Shown piece after piece: positions 1 to 9,412 of a stretch of 56,721 nt of DNA. A program made the position numbers and the translations under genes. The DNA comes from an uncultured Bacilli bacterium (GTDB lineage: Bacteria; Bacillota_I; Bacilli_A; RF39; UBA660), in NCBI GenBank assembly GCA_944368815.1, contig CALVXD010000003.1, positions 1 through 56,721 of the forward strand, given 5' to 3'. The notes beneath the pieces were generated by a model. That model was not told the DNA's origin. It saw nothing but the letters and a program-made list of their open reading frames with translations, and searched no databases. Every line of letters begins with the position of its first letter. The first letter of the stretch is position 1.

Positions 1-79
1 AATTTATAACTGGAATTTGGTGTAAGACTAAATTCAGTTTTTTGATATTGAAACTGGAATTTACTTTTTCATTTCACGA
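1..79. mobile_element. Terminal fragment of an insertion sequence (inverted repeat at 49-79)
   Basis: 49-79 TGAAACTGGAATTTACTTTTTCATTTCACGA is the exact reverse complement of 56646-56676; both lie at contig edges. Confidence 0.65.
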
Positions 80-168
80 TTAAGAGAAAATAGTCATTAA
101 ACTATTTTTTTATTTTACATACTTGTTTATTTAGTGTATAATTATATAGAAATAGGAAAGGTGATATA

Positions 169-1056
169 GTGGAAAAAGCAAAAGTATATTTTACAAAGAA
201 TATAGACAGTGAAAGTTTAGTTAAAATGTATGAAGTTTTAAATAAAGAATTAAATGGAAAAGTTGCTGTTAAATTGTCAACAGGGGAAGCCGGTAATAAT
301 AATTATTTACACCCAGAATTAATTAAAGATTTAGTACATAAAGTAAATGGTACTATTATTGAATGTAATACAGCATATTCTGGTAAAAGAAATAGTTATG
401 AAGATCATTTAGAAGTAGCTAAAGAACATGGATTTTTAACTGTAACTGATGTAGATATAATGGACAAGGAAGGAGATATTGAACTTCCTGTAGATGGTGG
501 TAAACATTTAAAAGTAAATTATGTAGGAAAGAATTTATTAAATTATGATTCAATTCTTATGTTATCACATTTTAAAGGACATCCAATGGGAGGATTTGGA
601 GGAGCTTTAAAGAATATGTCTATTGGTATTGCTTCAAGAAGAGGTAAAGCATGGATTCATAGTGCAGGTAAGGTAGAAGATGCTAATATATTATGGGAAA
701 ATTTGCCTTCACAAGACGATTTTATTGAATCAATGGCAGAAGCCGATAAAGCAGTAATGGACAAATATAAAGATAATATTGTATATATAAATGTAATTAA
801 TAATTTATCAGTAGATTGTGATTGTGTTGCTAATCCAGAAAAAGTATGTATGAAAGATATTGGTATAGTATCTTCGTTAGATCCAATTGCTATAGATAAA
901 GCATGTTTAGATTTAGTATATAATAGTGAAGATGAAGGTAAAAAAGATTTAATTGAAAGAATTGAATCAAGAAACGGAGCTCATATTATAGAGTATGGTA
1001 AAGAGTTAGGTCTTGGTACTGATGAATATGAACTAATAAATATAGAGGAGGAGTAA
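169..1056 (+). CDS. DUF362 family protein (putative Fe-S/LarA-like fold)
   Basis: GKVAVKL.TGE, SHFKGH..GFGGALKN and DCDC motifs; GTG start with AAGGTG RBS. Confidence 0.75.
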   Translation: MEKAKVYFTKNIDSESLVKMYEVLNKELNGKVAVKLSTGEAGNNNYLHPELIKDLVHKVNGTIIECNTAYSGKRNSYEDHLEVAKEHGFLTVTDVDIMDKEGDIELPVDGGKHLKVNYVGKNLLNYDSILMLSHFKGHPMGGFGGALKNMSIGIASRRGKAWIHSAGKVEDANILWENLPSQDDFIESMAEADKAVMDKYKDNIVYINVINNLSVDCDCVANPEKVCMKDIGIVSSLDPIAIDKACLDLVYNSEDEGKKDLIERIESRNGAHIIEYGKELGLGTDEYELINIEEE

Positions 1057-1058
1057 TT

Positions 1059-1892
1059 ATGAAAGATAAAGTAATATTAGGAATAAAAGGATTTTTTATG
1101 GGAATAGCAAATATTATTCCTGGAGTTAGTGGTGGTACTCTTGCTATTACTATGGGAATATATGAAGACTTAATTAATGCAATTAGTCATTTTGTAAGTA
1201 AAATAAAAGATAATATAAAGTTTTTACTTCCAATATTAATTGGAGCAGCAGTAGCAATAGTAATAGGAAGTAAAGTAATTGGATATTCACTTGAAAATTT
1301 CCCACTTCCAACAATTATGTTTTTTACAGGATTAATATTAGGTGGTATGCCTATGTTATATAAAAAAGTAAAGAATGATATTAAAGTATCTAATTTAATA
1401 ATATTTGCATTAACATTTATGTTTGTAATAGGAATAGCTTTCTTAAAAACAGGAGGAGAAGTATCTTTTGCTTCAATGAATGTAATTGATTATATAAAAT
1501 TATTTTTAGTAGGAATGGTAGCATCAGCTACTATGATAATACCAGGAATATCAGGATCATTTATGTTAATGGTAATGGGATATTATGAACCAATAATAAA
1601 TACGATTAATAGTTTAACATCATTTAATAATATAGTTAAAGATATGTCTATATTAGTTCCTTTTGGAATAGGTGTATTAGTAGGAATAATAATTATTGCT
1701 AAAATAATAGAATTCTTATTTAAGAAATTTGAAGTGCCAACTTATTTTGGTATAATAGGATTTGTACTTGCATCTATTATTGGAATATTTACAAGTGCCG
1801 AAGGATTAACTTTTAGTATAGTACCATTTATTTTAGGAGTTATCTTATTTGTAGCAGGATTATTAATTGCATATAAATTAGGAGATGAATAA
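1059..1892 (+). CDS. DUF368 family membrane protein (undecaprenyl-phosphate translocase family)
   Basis: Duplicated IIPGVSGGT / IIPGISGS re-entrant motifs, multiple TM helices. Confidence 0.85.
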   Translation: MKDKVILGIKGFFMGIANIIPGVSGGTLAITMGIYEDLINAISHFVSKIKDNIKFLLPILIGAAVAIVIGSKVIGYSLENFPLPTIMFFTGLILGGMPMLYKKVKNDIKVSNLIIFALTFMFVIGIAFLKTGGEVSFASMNVIDYIKLFLVGMVASATMIIPGISGSFMLMVMGYYEPIINTINSLTSFNNIVKDMSILVPFGIGVLVGIIIIAKIIEFLFKKFEVPTYFGIIGFVLASIIGIFTSAEGLTFSIVPFILGVILFVAGLLIAYKLGDE

Positions 1893-1950
1893 AAAGTTTT
1901 ATGTTTAATCATAAAATTTTTTTCTATTTGAATAGAAAATATACTGTTTC

Positions 1951-2025
1951 AAAGTGCAAATACGGTTTTCTAAAGTGCAAAAATTGCACTTTGGAATTGA
2001 TAAAATAGAAGAAATGTAGTATAAT
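1951..2025 (+). promoter_or_regulatory. Sigma-A promoter with upstream palindromic operator
   Basis: TTGATA(1997-2002)-17 bp-TATAAT(2020-2025); palindrome AAAGTGCAA-AAA-TTGCACTTT at 1972-1992 plus extra half-site at 1951-1960. Confidence 0.65.
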
Positions 2026-2050
2026 ATCTATAGTTGGGAGGATTATTTTT

Positions 2051-3121
2051 ATGGACAAAAAAGAAAACTGGAATTTAGAATTATCTCAATATATAAAACA
2101 AGGTGAACCGAGTCAAGTAGAAAAAACAAAAGTTTGGGAGACAGCTATAGGTCTTCAAGAAGTAGATGGATTAAAACCTTCAAAATATTTGGTTGAAACA
2201 GCAAAGGAACATATTGAAGGAAATATTAATTTAGAAGAAGTTAAGAAAAGAATTGATAATTATTATAAAGTTTTAGATAGTAGAAAACTTGAAGAAAAAG
2301 AAAATATTGAAGAAGCAGATAAAGTATCAGTAAGAATTGCCGAAATATTAAGTGATAAGTCATTTAATTTTAGTCCTACCGAATTAATAAATATTCATAA
2401 AAAATTATTTACTGGTATATATAAACTTGCAGGTGTTATAAGGAATTATAATTTTACAAAAGATGAGTGGATATTAAATGGAGATACTGTTACATATGCT
2501 TCTTACGAAAATGTTATGGCAGCTTTAGAATATGATTTTGAACAAGAAAGAAATTTTTCATATAAAAATTTATCACTTGATGAGTCTATTAAACATTTGT
2601 GCCGATTTACTTCAAATATATGGCAAGTTCATCCTTTTTGTGAAGGTAACACTAGAACAACAGCGGTTTTTATTATTAAATACTTAAGAACATTTGGATT
2701 TAATATTAATGATGATGTATTTGCAAATAGTTCTTGGTATTTTAGAAATTCATTAGTTAGAGCTAATTATAAAAATTTTGAAAAAAATATTTTTGAAGAT
2801 ATAAGTTATTTAGAAAAGTTCTTTTACAATCTTTTATCAGATACTAAATATGAATTAAAAAATAGATATACTCATATTGATTATACTGAAGACAAAATAT
2901 GTGAAAAATTAAAGTGTAAAAATTGTACTTTAGAAGAACAAGTTATATTAAATTTGATCAAAGAAAATTCTACTATTAAACAAGATGAAATTGCTATAAT
3001 TCTTGGTAAATCATTAAGGACTATAAAGACCAGAATGAATGAAATGCAAGGAAAAGGACTAATAACTAGAAAAAATGGAAAAAGAAATGGGGAATGGGAA
3101 ATTTTATTGGAATTAAAGTAA
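2051..3121 (+). CDS. Fic family protein with N-terminal VbhA-like inhibitory region and C-terminal winged HTH
   Basis: HPFCEGNTRT Fic motif; TAIGLQEVDG N-terminal motif; C-terminal QDEIAIILGKSLRTIK...GLITRKNGKRNGEW wHTH. Confidence 0.85.
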   Translation: MDKKENWNLELSQYIKQGEPSQVEKTKVWETAIGLQEVDGLKPSKYLVETAKEHIEGNINLEEVKKRIDNYYKVLDSRKLEEKENIEEADKVSVRIAEILSDKSFNFSPTELINIHKKLFTGIYKLAGVIRNYNFTKDEWILNGDTVTYASYENVMAALEYDFEQERNFSYKNLSLDESIKHLCRFTSNIWQVHPFCEGNTRTTAVFIIKYLRTFGFNINDDVFANSSWYFRNSLVRANYKNFEKNIFEDISYLEKFFYNLLSDTKYELKNRYTHIDYTEDKICEKLKCKNCTLEEQVILNLIKENSTIKQDEIAIILGKSLRTIKTRMNEMQGKGLITRKNGKRNGEWEILLELK

Positions 3122-3218
3122 ATTATATGTTGGTATTATGAGAATTTTTTTAATTCTCTTTTTTAATTCTGAATGTTTACTATATGTAAAGTAAAAAATA
3201 TGATATAATTTATTTGAG

Positions 3219-3320
3219 GTTACAGGACCCTGTGAATTTTTAGTAATGTATGACTCATCAAGTTCAATTAATTTTTCTATAACTGTTACAGGACCCTGTG
3301 AATTTTTAGTAAATTGATTT
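3219..3320 (+). CRISPR. Orphan CRISPR-like mini-array (36-bp repeat, 30-bp spacer, degenerate second repeat)
   Basis: GTTACAGGACCCTGTGAATTTTTAGTAA identical at 3219 and 3285 (66-bp period); first unit extends to a 36-mer ending GAC; no cas genes in window. Confidence 0.55.
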
Positions 3321-3321
3321 T

Positions 3322-3352
3322 AAACTTTATCTTATTGGTAAAGTTTTTTTTT
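3322..3352 (+). terminator. Intrinsic terminator after mini-array
   Basis: AAACTTTATC-TTATT-GGTAAAGTTT followed by T-run. Confidence 0.65.
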
Positions 3353-3465
3353 GATACAAATATAATCAAATTTCTTTTATTTTTTTAAATATAGTGACAT
3401 GTTTTTATTGTAATTATTAATATTTATGTTATATTTTAAATGATGAAAGAAGGGAGTTAAAAAAT

Positions 3466-4410
3466 ATGAAAAATGAAATTATATTATTTGAAAATCAAGA
3501 TGTAAAACTTGAAGTAAATATGAAAGATGAGACAGTTTGGCTTACCCAAGATCAAATGTCTAATTTATTTGGCAAAGCAAAATCTACAATAAATGAGCAT
3601 ATTAAAAATATTTATAAAGAAGGAGAACTTGAAGAAGTTGAAACTATGACTAAATTCGGAAATTCCGAATTTTCTGATAAACCTACTAATTATTATAATC
3701 TTGATGTAGTTATAAGTGTTGGTTATCGTGTAAAATCTAAAAATGGTATAATATTTAGAAAATGGGCAAATAAAGTATTAAAAGACTATTTAATTAAAGG
3801 TTATGCTGTAAATAATAAAAGATTAGAGTATTTGGAAAAAACAATTAAATTAATTGATATAGCTAGTAGAATAGATACTAAAATAAGTGGTGATGAAGTT
3901 AAAGAAATAATTAAAGTTATAAATGATTATTCAAATGCTTTAAATTTACTTGATGATTATGACCATAAAAGAATAATTAAGCCTAAAGGTACTATTAATA
4001 ATGATAAAATTACTTATGAAGACTGTATAAATATTATTAATACATTAAAATTTAATAATGGTAGTAATTTATTTGCTTTAGAGAGAAATAAAGGATTAGA
4101 TTCAATTATAAATGCAGTATATCAATCTTTTGATGATAAAGATTTATATATATCTATAGAGGAAAAAGCTGCTAATTTCTTATATTTAATTGTTAAGAAT
4201 CACGTATTTATTGATGGTAATAAAAGAATTGGAGCAACTTTATTTATATACTTTTTATGGTATTATAATTTATTATATAAAGATGGAAAACAGATTATAG
4301 ATAATAATACTTTAGTAGCAATTACTTTATTAATTGCACAGTCTAATCCTAAAGAAAAAAATGTATTAATAGATTTAGTTATGAACTTTTTAACTAATAA
4401 ATATTGCTAA
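3466..4410 (+). CDS. RhuM-family DNA-binding domain fused to Fic/Doc domain
   Basis: ETVWLTQ.QM..LF, YNLDVVISVGYRVKS (RhuM); HVFIDGNKRIG Doc-type motif. Confidence 0.85.
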   Translation: MKNEIILFENQDVKLEVNMKDETVWLTQDQMSNLFGKAKSTINEHIKNIYKEGELEEVETMTKFGNSEFSDKPTNYYNLDVVISVGYRVKSKNGIIFRKWANKVLKDYLIKGYAVNNKRLEYLEKTIKLIDIASRIDTKISGDEVKEIIKVINDYSNALNLLDDYDHKRIIKPKGTINNDKITYEDCINIINTLKFNNGSNLFALERNKGLDSIINAVYQSFDDKDLYISIEEKAANFLYLIVKNHVFIDGNKRIGATLFIYFLWYYNLLYKDGKQIIDNNTLVAITLLIAQSNPKEKNVLIDLVMNFLTNKYC

Positions 4411-4452
4411 TTTATATATACAATTGTATAATAATATGTAAGGAGAATATTT

Positions 4453-5208
4453 ATGATAATAGTTAAAAATATAAAGAAAAAATTTATAAAACAAAAATCT
4501 AAAAAAGAAAAAGAAGAGTTTTATGCTGTAAATGATATTTCGTTTAGTATAGATAAAGGAGAAATAGTAGGAATATTAGGTCCTAATGGAGCAGGAAAAA
4601 CAACTCTTTTAAGAATGATTGCAGGTATTATGACTCCGAGTGATGGAGAAGTATTATTTGATAAATTAAATTATAAAAAGAATGAAATAGAGATAAAGAA
4701 AAGTATTGCTTATTTATCTGGTAATACTAAAATATATAATAGTATATCTGCTTATGAACTATTAAAAATGTGTGGAGAATATTATGAAGTAAATAAAGAA
4801 GAGTTAGAAAGTAGAATAAAAGAGGTATCTTCTGTACTTAATATGGATAGTTTCTTATATAACCGTATTGAAAATCTATCTACAGGACAAACTCAAAGAG
4901 TAAATATTGCTAGATGCTTAGTTCATAATCCTAAATATTATATATTAGATGAAGCTACTAGTGGACTTGATATTATATCTAGTCAAATAATATTGGATTT
5001 TATAAAAGAAGAAAAAAAGAAAGGAAAGAGTATCTTATATTCAACGCATTATATGGAAGAAGCCGAAAATGTATGTGATAGAGTAATTATGGTAAATAAA
5101 GGTAAAGTTATAATTGAAGGGACTCCTAATGAAATTAAAAAGAAAACAAATACAAGTAATTTAAGGGATGCTTTCTTTAAACTAATAGGGGGTAATTATG
5201 AAAAATAA
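4453..5208 (+). CDS. ABC exporter ATP-binding subunit (NatA-like)
   Basis: GPNGAGKTT Walker A, LSTGQ signature, ILDE Walker B, STH switch. Confidence 0.85.
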   Translation: MIIVKNIKKKFIKQKSKKEKEEFYAVNDISFSIDKGEIVGILGPNGAGKTTLLRMIAGIMTPSDGEVLFDKLNYKKNEIEIKKSIAYLSGNTKIYNSISAYELLKMCGEYYEVNKEELESRIKEVSSVLNMDSFLYNRIENLSTGQTQRVNIARCLVHNPKYYILDEATSGLDIISSQIILDFIKEEKKKGKSILYSTHYMEEAENVCDRVIMVNKGKVIIEGTPNEIKKKTNTSNLRDAFFKLIGGNYEK

Positions 5209-6349
5209 AATATTTGAAGTATTAAAAAAAGAATTAAGAGAAGTATTTAGAGATAAGAAATCTTTATCTATGATGTTAATAATTCCAATTATGATACCTT
5301 TAATTATACTAGGAATGTCAGCAGTATTTGAAGGACAGTTATCTAAAGATACAAGTTCTTATAATAAAATAGGATTTGCTTATGAGTTATCTAATTCTGA
5401 ATTAGAATTAACTAAAAGTATGAATATTGATTATGTTATAGATACAGAAGATAATTTAAAAAAATTATTTAATAATGATGAAATATACTTATATGTAACT
5501 AAAACGGATAATAAATATACATTAAATTATAATTCAAATACAGAAAGTGGAAGTTATGCTTCAATACTTATGGACAGTTATTTTAATAATTATAAGAATA
5601 TATTACAACAAGATTTATTATTAAATAGTGGAATAAATCCTGAAAATATATTAAATGTAATAACAGTAGATTCTAATAATATTGGTACTACTAACTTTTA
5701 TTCATCTTATATAGTAAGTTATGCTTTCTTATTTATAATAATGGCAATTACTGTATCAGCAACTTATCCAGCAACAGATACAACTGCGGGTGAAAAGGAA
5801 AGAGGAACACTAGAAACTTTACTTACGTTCCCAATTAAAAGTAGAGATATAATAGTAGGTAAGCTTTTATCAGTTACATTATCATCAATTATAACAGGAG
5901 TTCTTAGTTTAATACTTGCATTAATTGCCTTTAATATTGCAAATGATACTTTTACAATATATGAAAGTTCTAAAATAACATTAAGTGCACCAAGTATTAT
6001 TATGAGTATCTTTGTAATAATAGTATTTTCATTATTTATAAGTGGTTTATGTATAGCAATAGCTAGTATGTGTAAAAGTTTTAAAGAAGCTCAAAGTGCA
6101 TTAACTCCTCTTACATTTATTGCATTATTTCCAGGAATGATTGCATTTATGGTAGGAGTTAAATCTAGTACTTTATTATCAATTATTCCATTTTTAAACT
6201 TTTCATTAGTATTTAATGACATAAGTGTAGGAATAATAAATTATTTAGAAATATTTCTTATGTTTATATCTACAATTATTTATATAGTTATAGTAATATG
6301 GTTTATAGTTAAATCTTATAAAAGTGAAAAAATATTATTTAACGATTAA
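5198..6349 (+). CDS. ABC-2 permease (NatB-like)
   Basis: KKELREVFRD N-terminus, AGEKERGTLETLL motif, SFKEAQS; about 6 TM. Confidence 0.85.
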   Translation: MKNKIFEVLKKELREVFRDKKSLSMMLIIPIMIPLIILGMSAVFEGQLSKDTSSYNKIGFAYELSNSELELTKSMNIDYVIDTEDNLKKLFNNDEIYLYVTKTDNKYTLNYNSNTESGSYASILMDSYFNNYKNILQQDLLLNSGINPENILNVITVDSNNIGTTNFYSSYIVSYAFLFIIMAITVSATYPATDTTAGEKERGTLETLLTFPIKSRDIIVGKLLSVTLSSIITGVLSLILALIAFNIANDTFTIYESSKITLSAPSIIMSIFVIIVFSLFISGLCIAIASMCKSFKEAQSALTPLTFIALFPGMIAFMVGVKSSTLLSIIPFLNFSLVFNDISVGIINYLEIFLMFISTIIYIVIVIWFIVKSYKSEKILFND

Positions 6350-6351
6350 AA

Positions 6352-6377
6352 AACACAGAATCATTATTTTCTGTGTT
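6352..6377. terminator. Bidirectional terminator between convergent genes
   Basis: AACACAGAA...TTCTGTGTT inverted repeat. Confidence 0.5.
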
Positions 6378-7572
6378 CCTTTTTCCTTTTATTTTTAGTT
6401 ATTAAAATTATAATAACATTAATAATTACAATGAATAATACAATAAATATAATATTATCAATTAATAAATCTGATATTGATAAAGTTAAACTTCCATCAT
6501 ACATAATAGGAATTGTTCTTATTATTTCTTCGTTAAGTTTTATTGTCATTGTTCCTATTTGACCTTTTTTAGTAAAAGGAGTGACAATATTATTCCCTTG
6601 ATAATCAAATGTAAAGTTTTCTTTTGTTATATCTTTATTTACAAATTTAGATATATTTTCATCAAGAAATACATTATATTTATCTTCTTTACTATAATTA
6701 GTATTTATAGATATTAGTGGTTCTTCTTTATTATAAATATCAAGATTATAATAATTATTTATATAATATTCATAAATATTAAAAGCATCAATAAAGTGAT
6801 AAGGATATCTTGTTTCTGATGGAGCACCAGTAGTTACCAATAAATATTCCATACCATCATATTTAGCAATACTAGCAAGACATAAACCTGCAATATCAGT
6901 AAATCCTGTTTTACTTCCATATATATATTTATTATCTAATTTATAAGTATTAGTATAATATAATAAAGTACTTTCTAATTTTAACCTACCATTACTAGTA
7001 GTATAAGTAGTAGTGGTAAATATTTCTTTAAATGTTTCATTTTTTAAAGCATATTTAAGTAAAGTAGCAATATCTTTAACAGATGAATAATTGTTTATAT
7101 CATCAAGTCCTGTTACATCAGAGAAATGTGTATGTTTAAGATTTAATTCACTTGCTTTTTTATTCATTAATTTAACATATTCATCTACTCCTCCAGCAAT
7201 ATAATAGGCAAGAGTTTGTGTAGCATCTGCTCCGGAAGGAAGTAGGGAACCATATAGTAAATCTTTATATGTAACTTTTTCATTAAGTTTAAAACCTGCG
7301 ACTGATGCATTTGCTTCCACTAATCCTTCTAATCCTTCTTTTGGAATAGTTACAGTTTTATTTATATCATCAATGTTTTCAATAGCAACAATAGAAGTCA
7401 TTATCTTCGTAAGACTTGCTATTGGTACTTCTTTTTCTGAATCTTTTTCAAAAAGTATTTCATCATCATTCATATTATATAAAATAGCATTCTTAGAATT
7501 AATTTCTAAAGCATTTACCTTAATAGGTATTAAAATAATAAATAGTATTAGTAAATATTTTATGTGTTTCAT
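6364..7572 (-). CDS. dacA: D-alanyl-D-alanine carboxypeptidase (peptidase S11)
   Basis: Signal peptide, IASLTK (SxxK), KTG motif, C-terminal TM anchor. Confidence 0.85.
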   Translation of the reverse strand: MKHIKYLLILFIILIPIKVNALEINSKNAILYNMNDDEILFEKDSEKEVPIASLTKIMTSIVAIENIDDINKTVTIPKEGLEGLVEANASVAGFKLNEKVTYKDLLYGSLLPSGADATQTLAYYIAGGVDEYVKLMNKKASELNLKHTHFSDVTGLDDINNYSSVKDIATLLKYALKNETFKEIFTTTTYTTSNGRLKLESTLLYYTNTYKLDNKYIYGSKTGFTDIAGLCLASIAKYDGMEYLLVTTGAPSETRYPYHFIDAFNIYEYYINNYYNLDIYNKEEPLISINTNYSKEDKYNVFLDENISKFVNKDITKENFTFDYQGNNIVTPFTKKGQIGTMTIKLNEEIIRTIPIMYDGSLTLSISDLLIDNIIFIVLFIVIINVIIILITKNKRKKEHRK

Positions 7573-7721
7573 TTTTCTCTCCTTTTATTCTCGTCTATTC
7601 AATTATAAAATTATAAGATATAAATGTCAATAAATAATAATAAATGAAATATAAGTTGTCATTTTTATGTTGTAGAATATAAATTTGTGTTGTGTTATAA
7701 TTAATAAAAGGAGAAGTTGAA

Positions 7722-9410
7722 ATGATAATAGAAAAAATAAATAAGGAAGAAATAACAGAAGACGTATTATCTAATATAGTAAATAGTTTAAATGATATTG
7801 TTAATAAATTAAAAATATCAGATGATATTCCATTTCCTAAGTATAAAGAATTAATAGATAAATTTAATGAAATTAGAGATCATTATCTTACTTTATATTG
7901 GATTAGTTATATTGGATATTTAAAAGATATAAAGAATCCTAAATATTTAAATACAGAGAAAGTAATATCTAGATATGAATCAATTATTGATAATTTAGTA
8001 AATAAATATTTTAAATGTTTGATTAATTATAAACGTAAAGAAGAATTAATTGATTGTATAGGTAAAAGAAATTATGAAATTGCGGGTAATCAAAGTATTA
8101 TAGTAAGTAATGATATAAGTAATTTAAGAATTAGAGAAAAAGAATTATGTATGCAATATAGAAAAACTTTAATGTCTTTAAAATTTATTTTTGATAATAA
8201 GGAAATGAATTTATCAGGATTATCTTCTTATTATAATGTAAGTGATAAAAAATTAAGACAAGAATCATATGATAAAAGATACGAAATATTAGAAAGTTTA
8301 GAAGAAAATTTAGATATCATATTTGATACTCTTGTAAAAGTAAGAACAGAAATTTCAAATAAACTAAAGTTTAATTCTTATGCTGATTTATGTTTTGTTA
8401 AAATGAATAGAATAGGTTATACATATGCTGATTTAGATTTATTAAAAGAAAATGTAAGAAAGTATATTGTACCGATTCTAAATGTTTTAAAAGAACATCA
8501 AAAAGAAAGATTAAATGTATCTAATATTAGTTACTATAATAAAAATTATTTGTTTAATGATGGGAATGCTGTAGTAAAGGTATCTTTAGAAGAACTAATT
8601 TCTAATATTAGTAAAATATTACATAAGTATAATAATAAAGTTGGTATAATGTTTGATACAATGTTAGAAGAAGGATTAATTGATTTAGAAGATAGAGAAG
8701 ATAAAAGTAGTGGTGGAGTTACAACATATTTACCTGATTATAGAATGCCTATATTTATAAAAAAATATATGAATTTAGAAGTTAATGTAACTAGTATATT
8801 TCATGAACTTGGCCATTCTATTCAATTATATTTAAGTAGAAATTTATTGTTTCATGAAAATAGATGGCCTACATTTGATATATGTGAAATATATTCTACA
8901 AGTTTAGAATTTTTAATGTATCCATTTTTAAATATGTTTTTTAAAGAAGATGAAAATAAGTATAAGATTAGGCATTTAACATCAGTAGTATCTTTAATAG
9001 TATCTATGTGTATATCTGATGATTTTCAAAAATATATATATGATAATCCTAATATAAGTAGTGATGATAGAAAAGAATATTGGTTGTATTTAATTAATAA
9101 GTATGGGATTAAAGATAATACTCATTCTTATTTTGATAAAGGAATAGAATGGCAAGCCGATATTAATAGAATAGATGATCCATTTTATGGTATTGATTAT
9201 GCTATTAGTAATATTTGTGCGTTATCATTTTATGATAGAGTAAATAATAATATTGAAGATGCTTTTTCAGATTATTTTGATTTATGTAGTAAAGGTAATA
9301 CTTTATCTTTGAAACGAATAATAAAGAAATATAGGCTTAATAATCCATTTGATAGTAATGATATAAAGAATTTAAGTGATAATATTATAAAAGAAATAGA
9401 TAAGTTATAG
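7722..9410 (+). CDS. M3 family oligoendopeptidase
   Basis: FHELGH zinc motif, CEIYST third-ligand region, PFYGIDY. Confidence 0.8.
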   Translation: MIIEKINKEEITEDVLSNIVNSLNDIVNKLKISDDIPFPKYKELIDKFNEIRDHYLTLYWISYIGYLKDIKNPKYLNTEKVISRYESIIDNLVNKYFKCLINYKRKEELIDCIGKRNYEIAGNQSIIVSNDISNLRIREKELCMQYRKTLMSLKFIFDNKEMNLSGLSSYYNVSDKKLRQESYDKRYEILESLEENLDIIFDTLVKVRTEISNKLKFNSYADLCFVKMNRIGYTYADLDLLKENVRKYIVPILNVLKEHQKERLNVSNISYYNKNYLFNDGNAVVKVSLEELISNISKILHKYNNKVGIMFDTMLEEGLIDLEDREDKSSGGVTTYLPDYRMPIFIKKYMNLEVNVTSIFHELGHSIQLYLSRNLLFHENRWPTFDICEIYSTSLEFLMYPFLNMFFKEDENKYKIRHLTSVVSLIVSMCISDDFQKYIYDNPNISSDDRKEYWLYLINKYGIKDNTHSYFDKGIEWQADINRIDDPFYGIDYAISNICALSFYDRVNNNIEDAFSDYFDLCSKGNTLSLKRIIKKYRLNNPFDSNDIKNLSDNIIKEIDKL

Positions 9411-9412
9411 TT

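Noticed and set aside
3165-3192. dif-like site (ATATGTAAAGT resembles the Firmicute dif right arm)
   Set aside because: Left arm does not match, and there is no switch in gene orientation around it
3219-3320. Classical type III toxin-antitoxin repeat array
   Set aside because: Repeats are interspaced rather than contiguous, the downstream gene is not ToxN/CptN/TenpN-like, and it appears to have its own promoter
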